A stretch of 64,000 nt of DNA from Candidatus Borrarchaeum weybense (lineage in GTDB: Archaea; Asgardarchaeota; Sifarchaeia; Borrarchaeales; Borrarchaeaceae), in NCBI GenBank assembly GCA_019057385.1, contig JAHQJS010000006.1, positions 96,001 to 160,000 of the forward strand, read 5' to 3'. This document shows, one piece after another, positions 51,088 through 59,370 of this stretch; positions within the stretch are counted from its first letter, which is position 1, and every line of letters starts with the position of its first letter. The notes under the pieces are model-generated. The model did not search any database. It saw only the letters and a program-made list of their open reading frames with translations, and had not been told where the DNA came from. The position numbers and the translations under genes are program-made.

Positions 51088-52083
51088 TTATTCCCTCAAA
51101 TCAACTGTTTTTTTCTCCTTTATGGATTTATATGTCGCCTCGATGATCTTAATTACTTGTAAACCAACTTTTCCATCCGTTAGAGGCTGTTTCCTGTTTT
51201 CGACGCATTCTAGAAAATGAGCAAGTTCCAGTTTGAGTGGTTCTAAGTTCTGTATATATGGTTTGTATGTATCGCCCTCTCGAGTAATAAGTTTAAATCC
51301 ACCAAAGGAATCATATTCTGGGACAACACCAATATCATAAATTTCAATATCTTGCGACATGTAGTCCAAGCTCGCACTTTTTTCTTGCCCGACTACCCAC
51401 AAATCTCTTATTTTCTTTGGAGTAAGCCAACTGACCTGAATATGAGCAAGGATTTTGTTTGGAAAGCGAAGTGTAACCATTCCCACATCTTCATATGGCT
51501 CTCGTAAGTATGGCGTTCCTATTGCTGTAACTTCAATGGGCAAATCGTTTAATAAAAAACAAAACACATCAAAATCATGGAGTGCAAAGTCGAAGATAAC
51601 GCCACAATCATCTCTTGGCGTTCTTAATCCCATTCTTGAGCCGTACAAAAAGAATATTCTACCAAAGTTATCTTTACTGATTTCATCTTTCAATTTTCTT
51701 ACGGCAGGATTAAAACGAAAGATGTGTCCTACCATTAAGGTTTTCTTCTGTTTTTCAGAAATATCAATCAGTTTTTGAGCGCTTAATGAGTCCAAACACA
51801 TGGGTTTTTCCACAAGAACATGTTTTCCTGCCTCTAAACACTCTCTTACAATTTCAAAATGAGTTGAGCTAGGTGTACATACACTCACGGCCTCTATCTC
51901 TGGATTATTTAAGATATCACGATAATCATTTGTCACAGCTACTTTGTATGTTTTATTGAGTTTTTTCAGCCTCATACCGCTTAAATCTGCTACCATGACT
52001 AAATTTGAATTTTCCAACTCTCTATATACCCGTGCATGGTTTTTTCCCCATTCACCAACACCAAGCACTCCAATTTCAACCAT
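51088..52083 (-). CDS. Gfo/Idh/MocA oxidoreductase (WbpB-like NDP-sugar 3-dehydrogenase)
   Basis: GVGEWGKNHAR, HVLVEKP, VGHIFRFNP, DFALHD. Confidence 0.92.
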   Translation of the reverse strand: MVEIGVLGVGEWGKNHARVYRELENSNLVMVADLSGMRLKKLNKTYKVAVTNDYRDILNNPEIEAVSVCTPSSTHFEIVRECLEAGKHVLVEKPMCLDSLSAQKLIDISEKQKKTLMVGHIFRFNPAVRKLKDEISKDNFGRIFFLYGSRMGLRTPRDDCGVIFDFALHDFDVFCFLLNDLPIEVTAIGTPYLREPYEDVGMVTLRFPNKILAHIQVSWLTPKKIRDLWVVGQEKSASLDYMSQDIEIYDIGVVPEYDSFGGFKLITREGDTYKPYIQNLEPLKLELAHFLECVENRKQPLTDGKVGLQVIKIIEATYKSIKEKKTVDLRE

Positions 52084-52460
52084 AAAATCGCCTCATTGTA
52101 TATTTATAATGTAATCGTACACATCCTATTGATCCTGTCGTGAAATACATCTACGTCCGCTTATGTTGTGTAAAATGGTAAAACAAAAGGTATGTCAAGT
52201 ATTTTGTGGCGTATCTGTTTTATTTCGTGACCAACTCTCAGTAGTTTGATTTATAAGTATTTTTTTGCGAATTACTAAAAATAGCAATCTTTCATCTAGT
52301 TGAAAAAAGATCTAAAATGAGTCTCTGTGAGCTCTTTTTTCATAATAATTGCTCTTATCTTGTTAATGTTTTATTGTATATCAATCTTATAAACTTTGGT
52401 GAATACTCTGCTCTTATATCGGTACTTACTCATTCGAATATTGATATGCTAATGACCTTA

Positions 52461-52514
52461 ACCACTAACTTTAAATATGGCAGTAAATGAACTTATTATG
52501 TCACCAAAAGTGAC
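52461..52514 (+). promoter_or_regulatory. Candidate heat-shock promoter: TATA (TTTAAATA, 52470-52477) and Phr/HSR1-type operator GTCAC-N5-GTGAC (52500-52514)
   Basis: Perfect 5-5-5 palindrome about 30 bp after the start of a TATA box, upstream of an operon that encodes a Phr-like repressor. Confidence 0.65.
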
Positions 52515-52680
52515 TTAGTTAATCTGCTATAAAATGAACACATTTTGTATAAAAATCAATAAGAAGTAATAAAGCAACAGATTAAATATTTTTCTAAATT
52601 AAAAGATGATATTTAATCGTGAAAATATGTATAAAACACCCAAGTAAAAAGAAAATCAAATATTAATGTTTAACTTAAAT

Positions 52681-52721
52681 GAAAAGTAAAATTTATCTAT
52701 ATGCGTCTATTAAATAGACGC
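52681..52721 (+). promoter_or_regulatory. Second candidate promoter (purine-rich BRE + TTTATCTA) followed by the inverted repeat GCGTCTAT-TAA-ATAGACGC
   Basis: The perfect 8-bp IR at 52703-52721 is seen directly; its promoter role is inferred. Confidence 0.45.
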
Positions 52722-52779
52722 TTCTGTATTAAAAAAGCATAGTATAGTTTGTTACTCTTGATTGAGTGGAGGCTCACAA

Positions 52780-53439
52780 ATGACGAATGAGACTAAAGAT
52801 GACGCAACAAAAATAAATGAAAATAACAACGCGGCAAGTAGTGCAGAAAAAGAAAAGCATGAGGTAGAGATACAAATTGAAATGACCGAAGCGGAAAAGA
52901 TAGAGCAGTTAAAAGAAGATTTAGAGACTGAAAAAGCACGAGCCGAAGATTACTTAAAAAGGTTAAAATACTTGAAGGCAGACCTTGAAAACTTTCAAAA
53001 AAGAGCTAAAAAAGAAATGGAACGAATACAGAAAGTTGGAATTATAAGTTTATTGGGCAAACTATTGACTATTGTAGATGATCTTGAACGAGCCGTTTCA
53101 ACTGCCCAAACCAGTAACAAAGAACTAACTAACTCTACATTTTTTGATGGAGTAATGATGATTTCAGATCAGTTTAATAAGGTCTTAAAAGAAGAAGGGG
53201 TAAAAAAGATAGACGCCTTAGGAAAACGGATGAATCCTCGTTATCATGAGGTAGTCAGTCGGATTGAATCTTCAGATCACCCCAATAACACAATAATTGA
53301 AGAATATAGAAAAGGATACTTGTTAGATAATGAAGTAATTCGACCTGCTACGGTTGCAGTATCGAAAATTCCTAAAAAAGAAGAATCTATCAAAGAAGAT
53401 TCTGCAAAAGATGATGATAATAAAGAAATGGAGGTATAA
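52780..53439 (+). CDS. grpE: Nucleotide exchange factor GrpE
   Basis: [38 protein letters not shown]; SD GGAGG before ATG 52780. Confidence 0.97.
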   Translation: MTNETKDDATKINENNNAASSAEKEKHEVEIQIEMTEAEKIEQLKEDLETEKARAEDYLKRLKYLKADLENFQKRAKKEMERIQKVGIISLLGKLLTIVDDLERAVSTAQTSNKELTNSTFFDGVMMISDQFNKVLKEEGVKKIDALGKRMNPRYHEVVSRIESSDHPNNTIIEEYRKGYLLDNEVIRPATVAVSKIPKKEESIKEDSAKDDDNKEMEV

Positions 53440-53441
53440 TT

Positions 53442-55328
53442 ATGGCTAAGGAAACAAAAAGAGAAAAAATTATTGGTATAGATCTTGGAACTAGCAATTC
53501 AGCAGCGGCGGCTATGATGGGCGGTAGACCTGTCATAATTCCGAGTGCGGAAGGAAGCACTCAATATGGCAAAGCGTTCCCTTCATATGTAGCTTTTGCT
53601 GAAGATGGATCGCTACTTGTAGGTGAACCTGCACGTCGCCAGGCAGTGTCAAATCCTGAAGCTACCATCACTGCGATTAAGCGAAAAATGGGCCAAGATT
53701 ACAAGGTGAACATTTTTGGCAAGACATATTCACCCCAACAAATCTCAGCTTTCATACTTCAAAAGATTAAACGCGATGCTGAGGCCTTTCTAGGTGGAAA
53801 AGTGGAAAAAGCAGTGATTACAGTACCAGCGTATTTCAATGATAACCAGCGACAAGCAACAAAGGATGCAGGGGTCATTGCCGGATTAGATGTTGTTCGT
53901 ATTATCAATGAACCAACTGCTGCATCTTTAGCTTTCGGCATTGACAAAATGGATCAGGAATTAAAAATTCTTGTGTTCGACTTTGGCGGCGGTACTCTTG
54001 ACGTAACAATTATGGATTTTGGACAAAACGCGTTTCTGGTTGAATCAACAAGTGGTGATACCCAGTTAGGCGGAACTGATATGGATAATGCTATTGTTGA
54101 CTATATTGTTGATGGGTTTAAGAAAGACAGTGGAATTGATCTTCGTTCTGATGCGACCGCAATGCAGCGCGTGAGAGAGGCTGGAGAGAAGGCAAAGATC
54201 GAACTATCTACGATCTTGGAAACAGAAATAAATCTCCCATTTATTGCTGCAGATGAAAGCGGACCTAAAAACCTGCGAATGAAATTTACTCGTTCAACAC
54301 TGGAACGACTCGTAACTCCTATTATAGAGCGATGCAGAGGCCCAATGATGACCGCATTGCAAGATGCAAAATTACAACCAAGTCAAATTGATAAAGTCAT
54401 CCTCGTCGGTGGTCCCACTCGCATGCCTATTGTAAGAAAATTCGTGGAGGATATCATTGGTAAACCTGCTGAACGTGGAGTAGATCCGATGGAATGTGTA
54501 GCTACGGGTGCAGCTATTCAGGGAGGCATCATGGCTGGAGAAATAGATGAGATTGTACTTCTAGATGTTACACCACTTACACTCGGCGTTGAAACACTAG
54601 GTGGAGTCGCTACTCCGATAATGGAAAAAAATACGACAATTCCTGCCGAACGAAAACAGATATTTTCAACCGCAGCTGACTTCCAAACATCTGTAACAAT
54701 TAACGTGTTACAAGGTGAAAGAAAAATGGCAGCAGATAACGTATCGCTTGGCATGTTTAATCTTGTGGGTATCCCACCTGCTCCAAGAAATGTTCCACAA
54801 ATTGAAGTAAAATTCGATATCGATGAGAATGGAATATTAAATGTTACAGCGAAAGATCTTGGCACGGGCAAAGAACAGTCAATCACTATTACGGCGTCAA
54901 CCAAGTTAGATCAGTCTGAGATTGATCGGATGGTTAAAGAAGCGGAACAATTTGCCGAACAGGATAAACAAAAGAAGGAAGAAGTCGAAGTTAGAAATAA
55001 CGCGGATTCAATGATATATACTGCAGAGAAGACTTTAGCAGATCTCGAAGACAAATTGGCGAAAGAACAAAAGGATAGAATCAGAAATACAGTGAATGAA
55101 TTAAACGAAGCCTTGAAAGGCGATGATATAGCACAAATAAAAGAGAAAACGGAAGCACTTGCAAAGATATTACAAGAAATTGGAACCGCAGTATATCAAC
55201 AGGTTGCACAAGAACAAGCTGCTCAACAACCGCCTCCTGGTAGCGGGGCTGAAACCACAGGAACATCTCCACCACCACCCGGAGAAAAGGTTGTAGATGC
55301 AGACTATGAAGTTGTGGATGACGAATAA
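53442..55328 (+). CDS. dnaK: Molecular chaperone DnaK (Hsp70)
   Basis: [35 protein letters not shown]; lacks the subdomain IB insert, as in archaeal and Gram-positive DnaK. Confidence 0.99.
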   Translation: MAKETKREKIIGIDLGTSNSAAAAMMGGRPVIIPSAEGSTQYGKAFPSYVAFAEDGSLLVGEPARRQAVSNPEATITAIKRKMGQDYKVNIFGKTYSPQQISAFILQKIKRDAEAFLGGKVEKAVITVPAYFNDNQRQATKDAGVIAGLDVVRIINEPTAASLAFGIDKMDQELKILVFDFGGGTLDVTIMDFGQNAFLVESTSGDTQLGGTDMDNAIVDYIVDGFKKDSGIDLRSDATAMQRVREAGEKAKIELSTILETEINLPFIAADESGPKNLRMKFTRSTLERLVTPIIERCRGPMMTALQDAKLQPSQIDKVILVGGPTRMPIVRKFVEDIIGKPAERGVDPMECVATGAAIQGGIMAGEIDEIVLLDVTPLTLGVETLGGVATPIMEKNTTIPAERKQIFSTAADFQTSVTINVLQGERKMAADNVSLGMFNLVGIPPAPRNVPQIEVKFDIDENGILNVTAKDLGTGKEQSITITASTKLDQSEIDRMVKEAEQFAEQDKQKKEEVEVRNNADSMIYTAEKTLADLEDKLAKEQKDRIRNTVNELNEALKGDDIAQIKEKTEALAKILQEIGTAVYQQVAQEQAAQQPPPGSGAETTGTSPPPPGEKVVDADYEVVDDE

Positions 55329-55332
55329 CCTA

Positions 55333-55345
55333 TTTTCCTTTTTTT
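55333..55345 (+). terminator. Oligo-T tract between dnaK and dnaJ (probable leaky terminator)
   Basis: TTTTCCTTTTTTT immediately after the dnaK stop. Confidence 0.45.
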
Positions 55346-55359
55346 AAAGGTGAGTTGCA

Positions 55360-56472
55360 GTGGAAAAGCGCGACTACTACGAAGTATTAGGCGTCTCAAA
55401 AGATGCTTCACAGGACGATATCAAAAGGGCATACCGAAAGCTAGCTGTTCAATTCCATCCAGATCGCAACAAAAACCCAGGTGCTACAGACAAGTTTAAA
55501 GAGGTCTCTGAAGCCTATGCTGTTCTTTCTGATGATGAAAAAAGACGCATGTATGATCAATTTGGGCATGCAGGAATTGATGGTAGATACACTACTGAGG
55601 ATATTTTCAGTGGGGTTGACTTTGATTCCATTTTCAGAGATTTTGGCTTTGGAGGTGGCTCTGGAGGATTCGGTGGATTTGAAAGTATTTTTGATGTATT
55701 CTTTGGGAATCGGCGAGCGAGAACGAGAGGTCCAAGAGTTCAACGCGGTGACGATTTACAAATTGAACTCGAAATAACTTTAAAAGAAGCGGCTAGCGGC
55801 ATTGAACGTCAAATTGACGTGCCACGTAGAGAACGATGTCCAGTTTGTGAGGGGACAGGTGCCGAACCAGGCACATCGGTAAATACTTGCCCAAAATGTA
55901 AAGGAAATGGACGACTTCAAATTTCTCGTACACAAGGATATTCGCAGTTCGTACAAATAGTACCATGCGATCGCTGTAATGGCGAAGGAAAAATTATTGA
56001 GAAACCTTGCCATAACTGTAGAGGATCTGGAGTGGTTCGCTCAACTCGAAAAATAAATGTTACAATACCTAAAGGTGTAGAAACAGGCTCTGTACTGCGA
56101 TTACGAGGAGAAGGAGAAGTTAGCACTTCAGGAGGGGGACCTTCAGGAGATCTATATGTCGTTCTTAATGTTCTTCCGCACGAAATATTCCAGCGAGATG
56201 GCACTACTCTCTATCTTGAACAGCCAATAAGTTTTTTCCAAGCCGCACTCGGCGCTAAAGTAAAAATTCCTACTCTTGATGGTGCTGCAGAACTCAAAAT
56301 CCCAGCAGGCACCCAAACCCATACACTATTTCGTCTAAAAGGAAAAGGAATGCCAAGTTTAAATGGTGGACGTGGAGATGAACTCGTAAGAGTGATCATC
56401 AAGACTCCCGAAAATTTGACAAGATCTCAAAAAAAGCTTTTGCAAGATGTAGCTAAAGAGCTTGGTGAATAA
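55360..56472 (+). CDS. dnaJ: Molecular chaperone DnaJ (Hsp40, class A)
   Basis: J domain with HPD, G/F-rich region, four CxxCxGxG repeats. Confidence 0.99.
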   Translation: MEKRDYYEVLGVSKDASQDDIKRAYRKLAVQFHPDRNKNPGATDKFKEVSEAYAVLSDDEKRRMYDQFGHAGIDGRYTTEDIFSGVDFDSIFRDFGFGGGSGGFGGFESIFDVFFGNRRARTRGPRVQRGDDLQIELEITLKEAASGIERQIDVPRRERCPVCEGTGAEPGTSVNTCPKCKGNGRLQISRTQGYSQFVQIVPCDRCNGEGKIIEKPCHNCRGSGVVRSTRKINVTIPKGVETGSVLRLRGEGEVSTSGGGPSGDLYVVLNVLPHEIFQRDGTTLYLEQPISFFQAALGAKVKIPTLDGAAELKIPAGTQTHTLFRLKGKGMPSLNGGRGDELVRVIIKTPENLTRSQKKLLQDVAKELGE

Positions 56473-56476
56473 CCGC

Positions 56477-57013
56477 ATGGAACTTGATATTGAGAAGATT
56501 TTAGATATTTTAGGCAACAAGACTCGCCGAAAGATTCTTGCAGCTCTTTCCGAAGAGGCGGGTTATGTCTTTCAATTATCTGAAGACATTAATATCAGAC
56601 ATCAAGCTATAAGAAAACATCTCGATCAGCTTAAAGAATTAAAAATCATAAAGAGCTATGAAGGTGCAAGTACAGTTGGTGGTCCACCCAGAAAATATTT
56701 TAAGATCACTAAATCTTTTTCAATCATGGCAGATATTACACCTGACTCGTTTGAAACAAAAATCCTGTCTTTTGAACGACAAAGTCCAGATCAGGACGAA
56801 TATGAAGAACTAACTGATAAAATAGAAACTATTGTTAACACTAGAGATTCTCCAGATGAAAAGATTTCTGATTTGAATATGGCTTTAGAAAACCTGAATT
56901 CTGAAATTGAGGAACTGGAGAAAAAAAGACAGTATCTTGTCGAATTACGACAGAAAATAATAAATTACATCAAAACATTCAATGAAAAATTAATTGAAAC
57001 TAAATCAGAATAG
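56477..57013 (+). CDS. phr: ArsR-type wHTH heat-shock repressor (Phr/HSR1 family)
   Basis: ILDILGNKTRRKIL, QAIRKHL, GPPRKYF and C-terminal coiled coil; ATG 56477 behind a GGTGA SD, 4 nt after dnaJ. Confidence 0.85.
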   Translation: MELDIEKILDILGNKTRRKILAALSEEAGYVFQLSEDINIRHQAIRKHLDQLKELKIIKSYEGASTVGGPPRKYFKITKSFSIMADITPDSFETKILSFERQSPDQDEYEELTDKIETIVNTRDSPDEKISDLNMALENLNSEIEELEKKRQYLVELRQKIINYIKTFNEKLIETKSE

Positions 57014-57020
57014 TTTTTTT
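57014..57020 (+). terminator. Oligo-T terminator of grpE-dnaK-dnaJ-phr
   Basis: T7 directly after the TAG stop. Confidence 0.55.
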
Positions 57021-57157
57021 GATGAGATATTCTTTGATAGAGACATTAAGAGTTATAGAAGAATCCATGAAAGTTTAATATTGACGAAGGGTTCTGTTCT
57101 AAGTAGAACTACATACCTTGACGTGTAAAAAGGCTGTAGCTTCGGCGAACTTGGGCT

Positions 57158-57370
57158 TCATTGTATCATGTGGAGACCTCGCATCGCCTTTTTAAAAGAA
57201 TAATCCGGAATGGTGGGTAGTATACGATGCTGATTTTTGCCCCTAATTTTCTTTATTGTCCATACAATCTGCTCCCATATATCAGAAAGCATGCCATTGA
57301 GTACATGTCTGTAGTCGCAGAGAAATTCATACAGGTCGAGGTTATACTTAAGAGAATAGGTCTTGAACAG
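57158..57370 (-). pseudogene. tnpB: Truncated TnpB (IS200/IS605/IS607-associated OrfB), N-terminal 70 codons
   Basis: Manual translation (L)FKTYSLKYNLDLYEFLCDYRHVLNGMLSDIWEQIVWTIKKIRGKNQHRILPTIPDYSFKKAMRGLHMIQ* follows the recalled N-terminus of archaeal TnpB (TY..K.N....FL..Y...L......IW....W...R..P..P...FK..LR); SD GGTGG before a CTG; no RuvC domain or Zn finger. Confidence 0.75.
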
Positions 57371-57556
57371 TAGTAACCACCGTTTTTTGTAATGATAGAA
57401 CAGTTTACGCCATATAATGGTGTATACGTAACTCTATTTAAATATTACAGTCTTTAACCTATTTGGATGGCTTTAAAAGGAAAAATGATTCATTTAAACG
57501 AAATAAAGTTACCTTTATTTCCATAGAGTTCTAAATTTTTATATAATGTGACGAAG

Positions 57557-57649
57557 GCGTAAACTTTTTATTCACTTTAACTTCATGTTTTCCCCAATCT
57601 ATCTACATACACTTCATGTAGATATCTACATAGAGTGAGTTGTCACTCT
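57557..57649 (+). promoter_or_regulatory. Thermosome promoter/leader with a palindrome array
   Basis: AAACTTTTTATT TATA-like element, then ATCTACAT-N7-ATGTAGAT-ATCTACAT (57601-57631) and AGAGTGA-GTTG-TCACTCT (57632-57649). Confidence 0.55.
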
Positions 57650-57711
57650 CAAAAATTGTTGTAACCTAATTTTCAAAAAAAATAAAATGTAACAAAAAGA
57701 AGGTGTTAAAA

Positions 57712-59358
57712 ATAGCAGCAAATTTAGGTGGAACACCTATCCTTCTATTAAGAGAAGGAGCACAAAGAACTGAAGGAAAAGATGCTCAAAGAAACAATAT
57801 TGCAGCAGCAAAAGTAATCGCTGAAGCGGTTCGGACATCACTCGGACCCAAAGGCATGGACAAAATGCTGGTTGATTCATTCGGTGATGTTGTTATAACG
57901 AACGACGGTGCTACAATACTAAAAGAAATCGATGTACAGCATCCTACAGCGAAAATGGTTGTCGAATTAGCTAAAACGCAAGATGTGGAAGTCGGGGATG
58001 GCACAACAACAGTTGTCGTGCTGGCTGGAGAACTATTAAAAGCCGCAGAGACACTCCTTGACTTGGATGTTCATCCTACAGTCCTTGTTGAAGGATATAG
58101 AAAAGCAACAGAAAAAACCCTTGAAATCCTTGATGGCTTTGGAATGCCAGTAAATATTGAAGATACAGCAATGCTAAAGAATATCGCTATGACCGCAATG
58201 GGCTCAAAAATGGTAGCTTATTCCTCAGACTATTTGGCAGATTTAGCAGTGAAAGCATGCAAGCAAGTCGCTACTCAAGTCGACGGTGGAGCGTGGAAAG
58301 TAGATATCGAAAACATCGCTATACAAAAGCAAAAGGGCGAAAGTTTAGAAGACACAGAATTGATTAACGGAATTGTCATGGACAAGGAAATGGTTCATCC
58401 AGGCATGCCTAAAATCATAAGAGATGCTAAAATTGCTCTTCTCAGCGCTGCCTTAGAGATAACAAAAACTGAATTCGATTCGAAAATCAATATAACAGAT
58501 CCAACTCAAATGCAAGCATTCCTAGACCAAGAAGAAGATATGATCAAAGAAATGGTCGATAAACTAAGTATCGCTGGCGCAAACGTCGTTCTCTGCCAGA
58601 AGGGAATGGATGACATAGCTCAACATTTTCTCGCAAAAGCAGGAATGGCAGCTATTAGACGAGTAAAAAAATCTGATATCGAGAAACTAGCTAAAGCAAC
58701 AGGTGGACGAATAGTATCAAATCTTGACGAACTTACTCCTGAAGATCTAGGTGAAGCCACAACAGTAGAAGAACGAAAAATTTCTGATGAAAACATGGTT
58801 TTTGTCGAAGGTTGCAAGAACCCAGGAGCTGTGAGCCTCTTAATTCGAGGTGGTACAGAACTTATAGTTGATGAGGCAGACCGCGCGATCCATGATGCAC
58901 TTTGCGTCGTGAGAAACGTGATTCAAGACGCAAAGGTCGTACCTGGCGGAGGCGCACCTGAAATTGAAATTGCAAGAGGTTTACGTGATTATGCGCGATC
59001 TCTAGGAGGTCGTGAACAGTTGGCAGTAAACAATTTTGCAGATGCAGTCGAAATCATCCCACGCTCGCTAGCAGAAAATGCTGGTTTAGATCCCATTGAT
59101 TCATTGGTGCAACTACGTGCAGATCATGATCAAGGTAATACTAGCTATGGTGTTAATACAGAAGAAGGTGGTACAACAGATATGGCCGCATTGAACGTAT
59201 TCGAGCCTCTTGCTGTGAAAAAACAGGCGATTAAAAGTGCAAGCGAAGCCGCTCAAATGATCCTACGAATTGATGACGTCATCGCAGCGTCAGACCTTGG
59301 AGCAGGTCCAGGAGGACCACCAGGAGGAATGCCCGATATGGGCGATGAGGAGTATTAG
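57712..59358 (+). CDS. thsA: Thermosome (group II chaperonin) subunit 1; probable ATA start (the track uses GTG 57703)
   Basis: [30 protein letters not shown]. The alpha/beta label is positional only. Confidence 0.97.
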   Translation: MAANLGGTPILLLREGAQRTEGKDAQRNNIAAAKVIAEAVRTSLGPKGMDKMLVDSFGDVVITNDGATILKEIDVQHPTAKMVVELAKTQDVEVGDGTTTVVVLAGELLKAAETLLDLDVHPTVLVEGYRKATEKTLEILDGFGMPVNIEDTAMLKNIAMTAMGSKMVAYSSDYLADLAVKACKQVATQVDGGAWKVDIENIAIQKQKGESLEDTELINGIVMDKEMVHPGMPKIIRDAKIALLSAALEITKTEFDSKINITDPTQMQAFLDQEEDMIKEMVDKLSIAGANVVLCQKGMDDIAQHFLAKAGMAAIRRVKKSDIEKLAKATGGRIVSNLDELTPEDLGEATTVEERKISDENMVFVEGCKNPGAVSLLIRGGTELIVDEADRAIHDALCVVRNVIQDAKVVPGGGAPEIEIARGLRDYARSLGGREQLAVNNFADAVEIIPRSLAENAGLDPIDSLVQLRADHDQGNTSYGVNTEEGGTTDMAALNVFEPLAVKKQAIKSASEAAQMILRIDDVIAASDLGAGPGGPPGGMPDMGDEEY

Positions 59359-59370
59359 GAGGAATAAAAA

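Noticed and set aside
2477-52083. Integron cassette array as the explanation for the single-gene blocks
   Set aside because: Genes alternate strands, and no repeated attC-like sites or IntI gene were seen
57143-57190. Minus-strand GGCGATG...GTTCGCC, reminiscent of a fluoride riboswitch
   Set aside because: The spacing is wrong, the downstream CUGAUG element is absent and no fluoride-related gene follows
57288-57345. GCATG...CATGTCTGTAGTCGCAG resembles the SRP RNA Alu domain (CUGUAGUCCCAG)
   Set aside because: No helix-8 CAGG..GGAA..AGCA motif follows, the region is AT-rich, and it is explained as the antisense of the TnpB fragment
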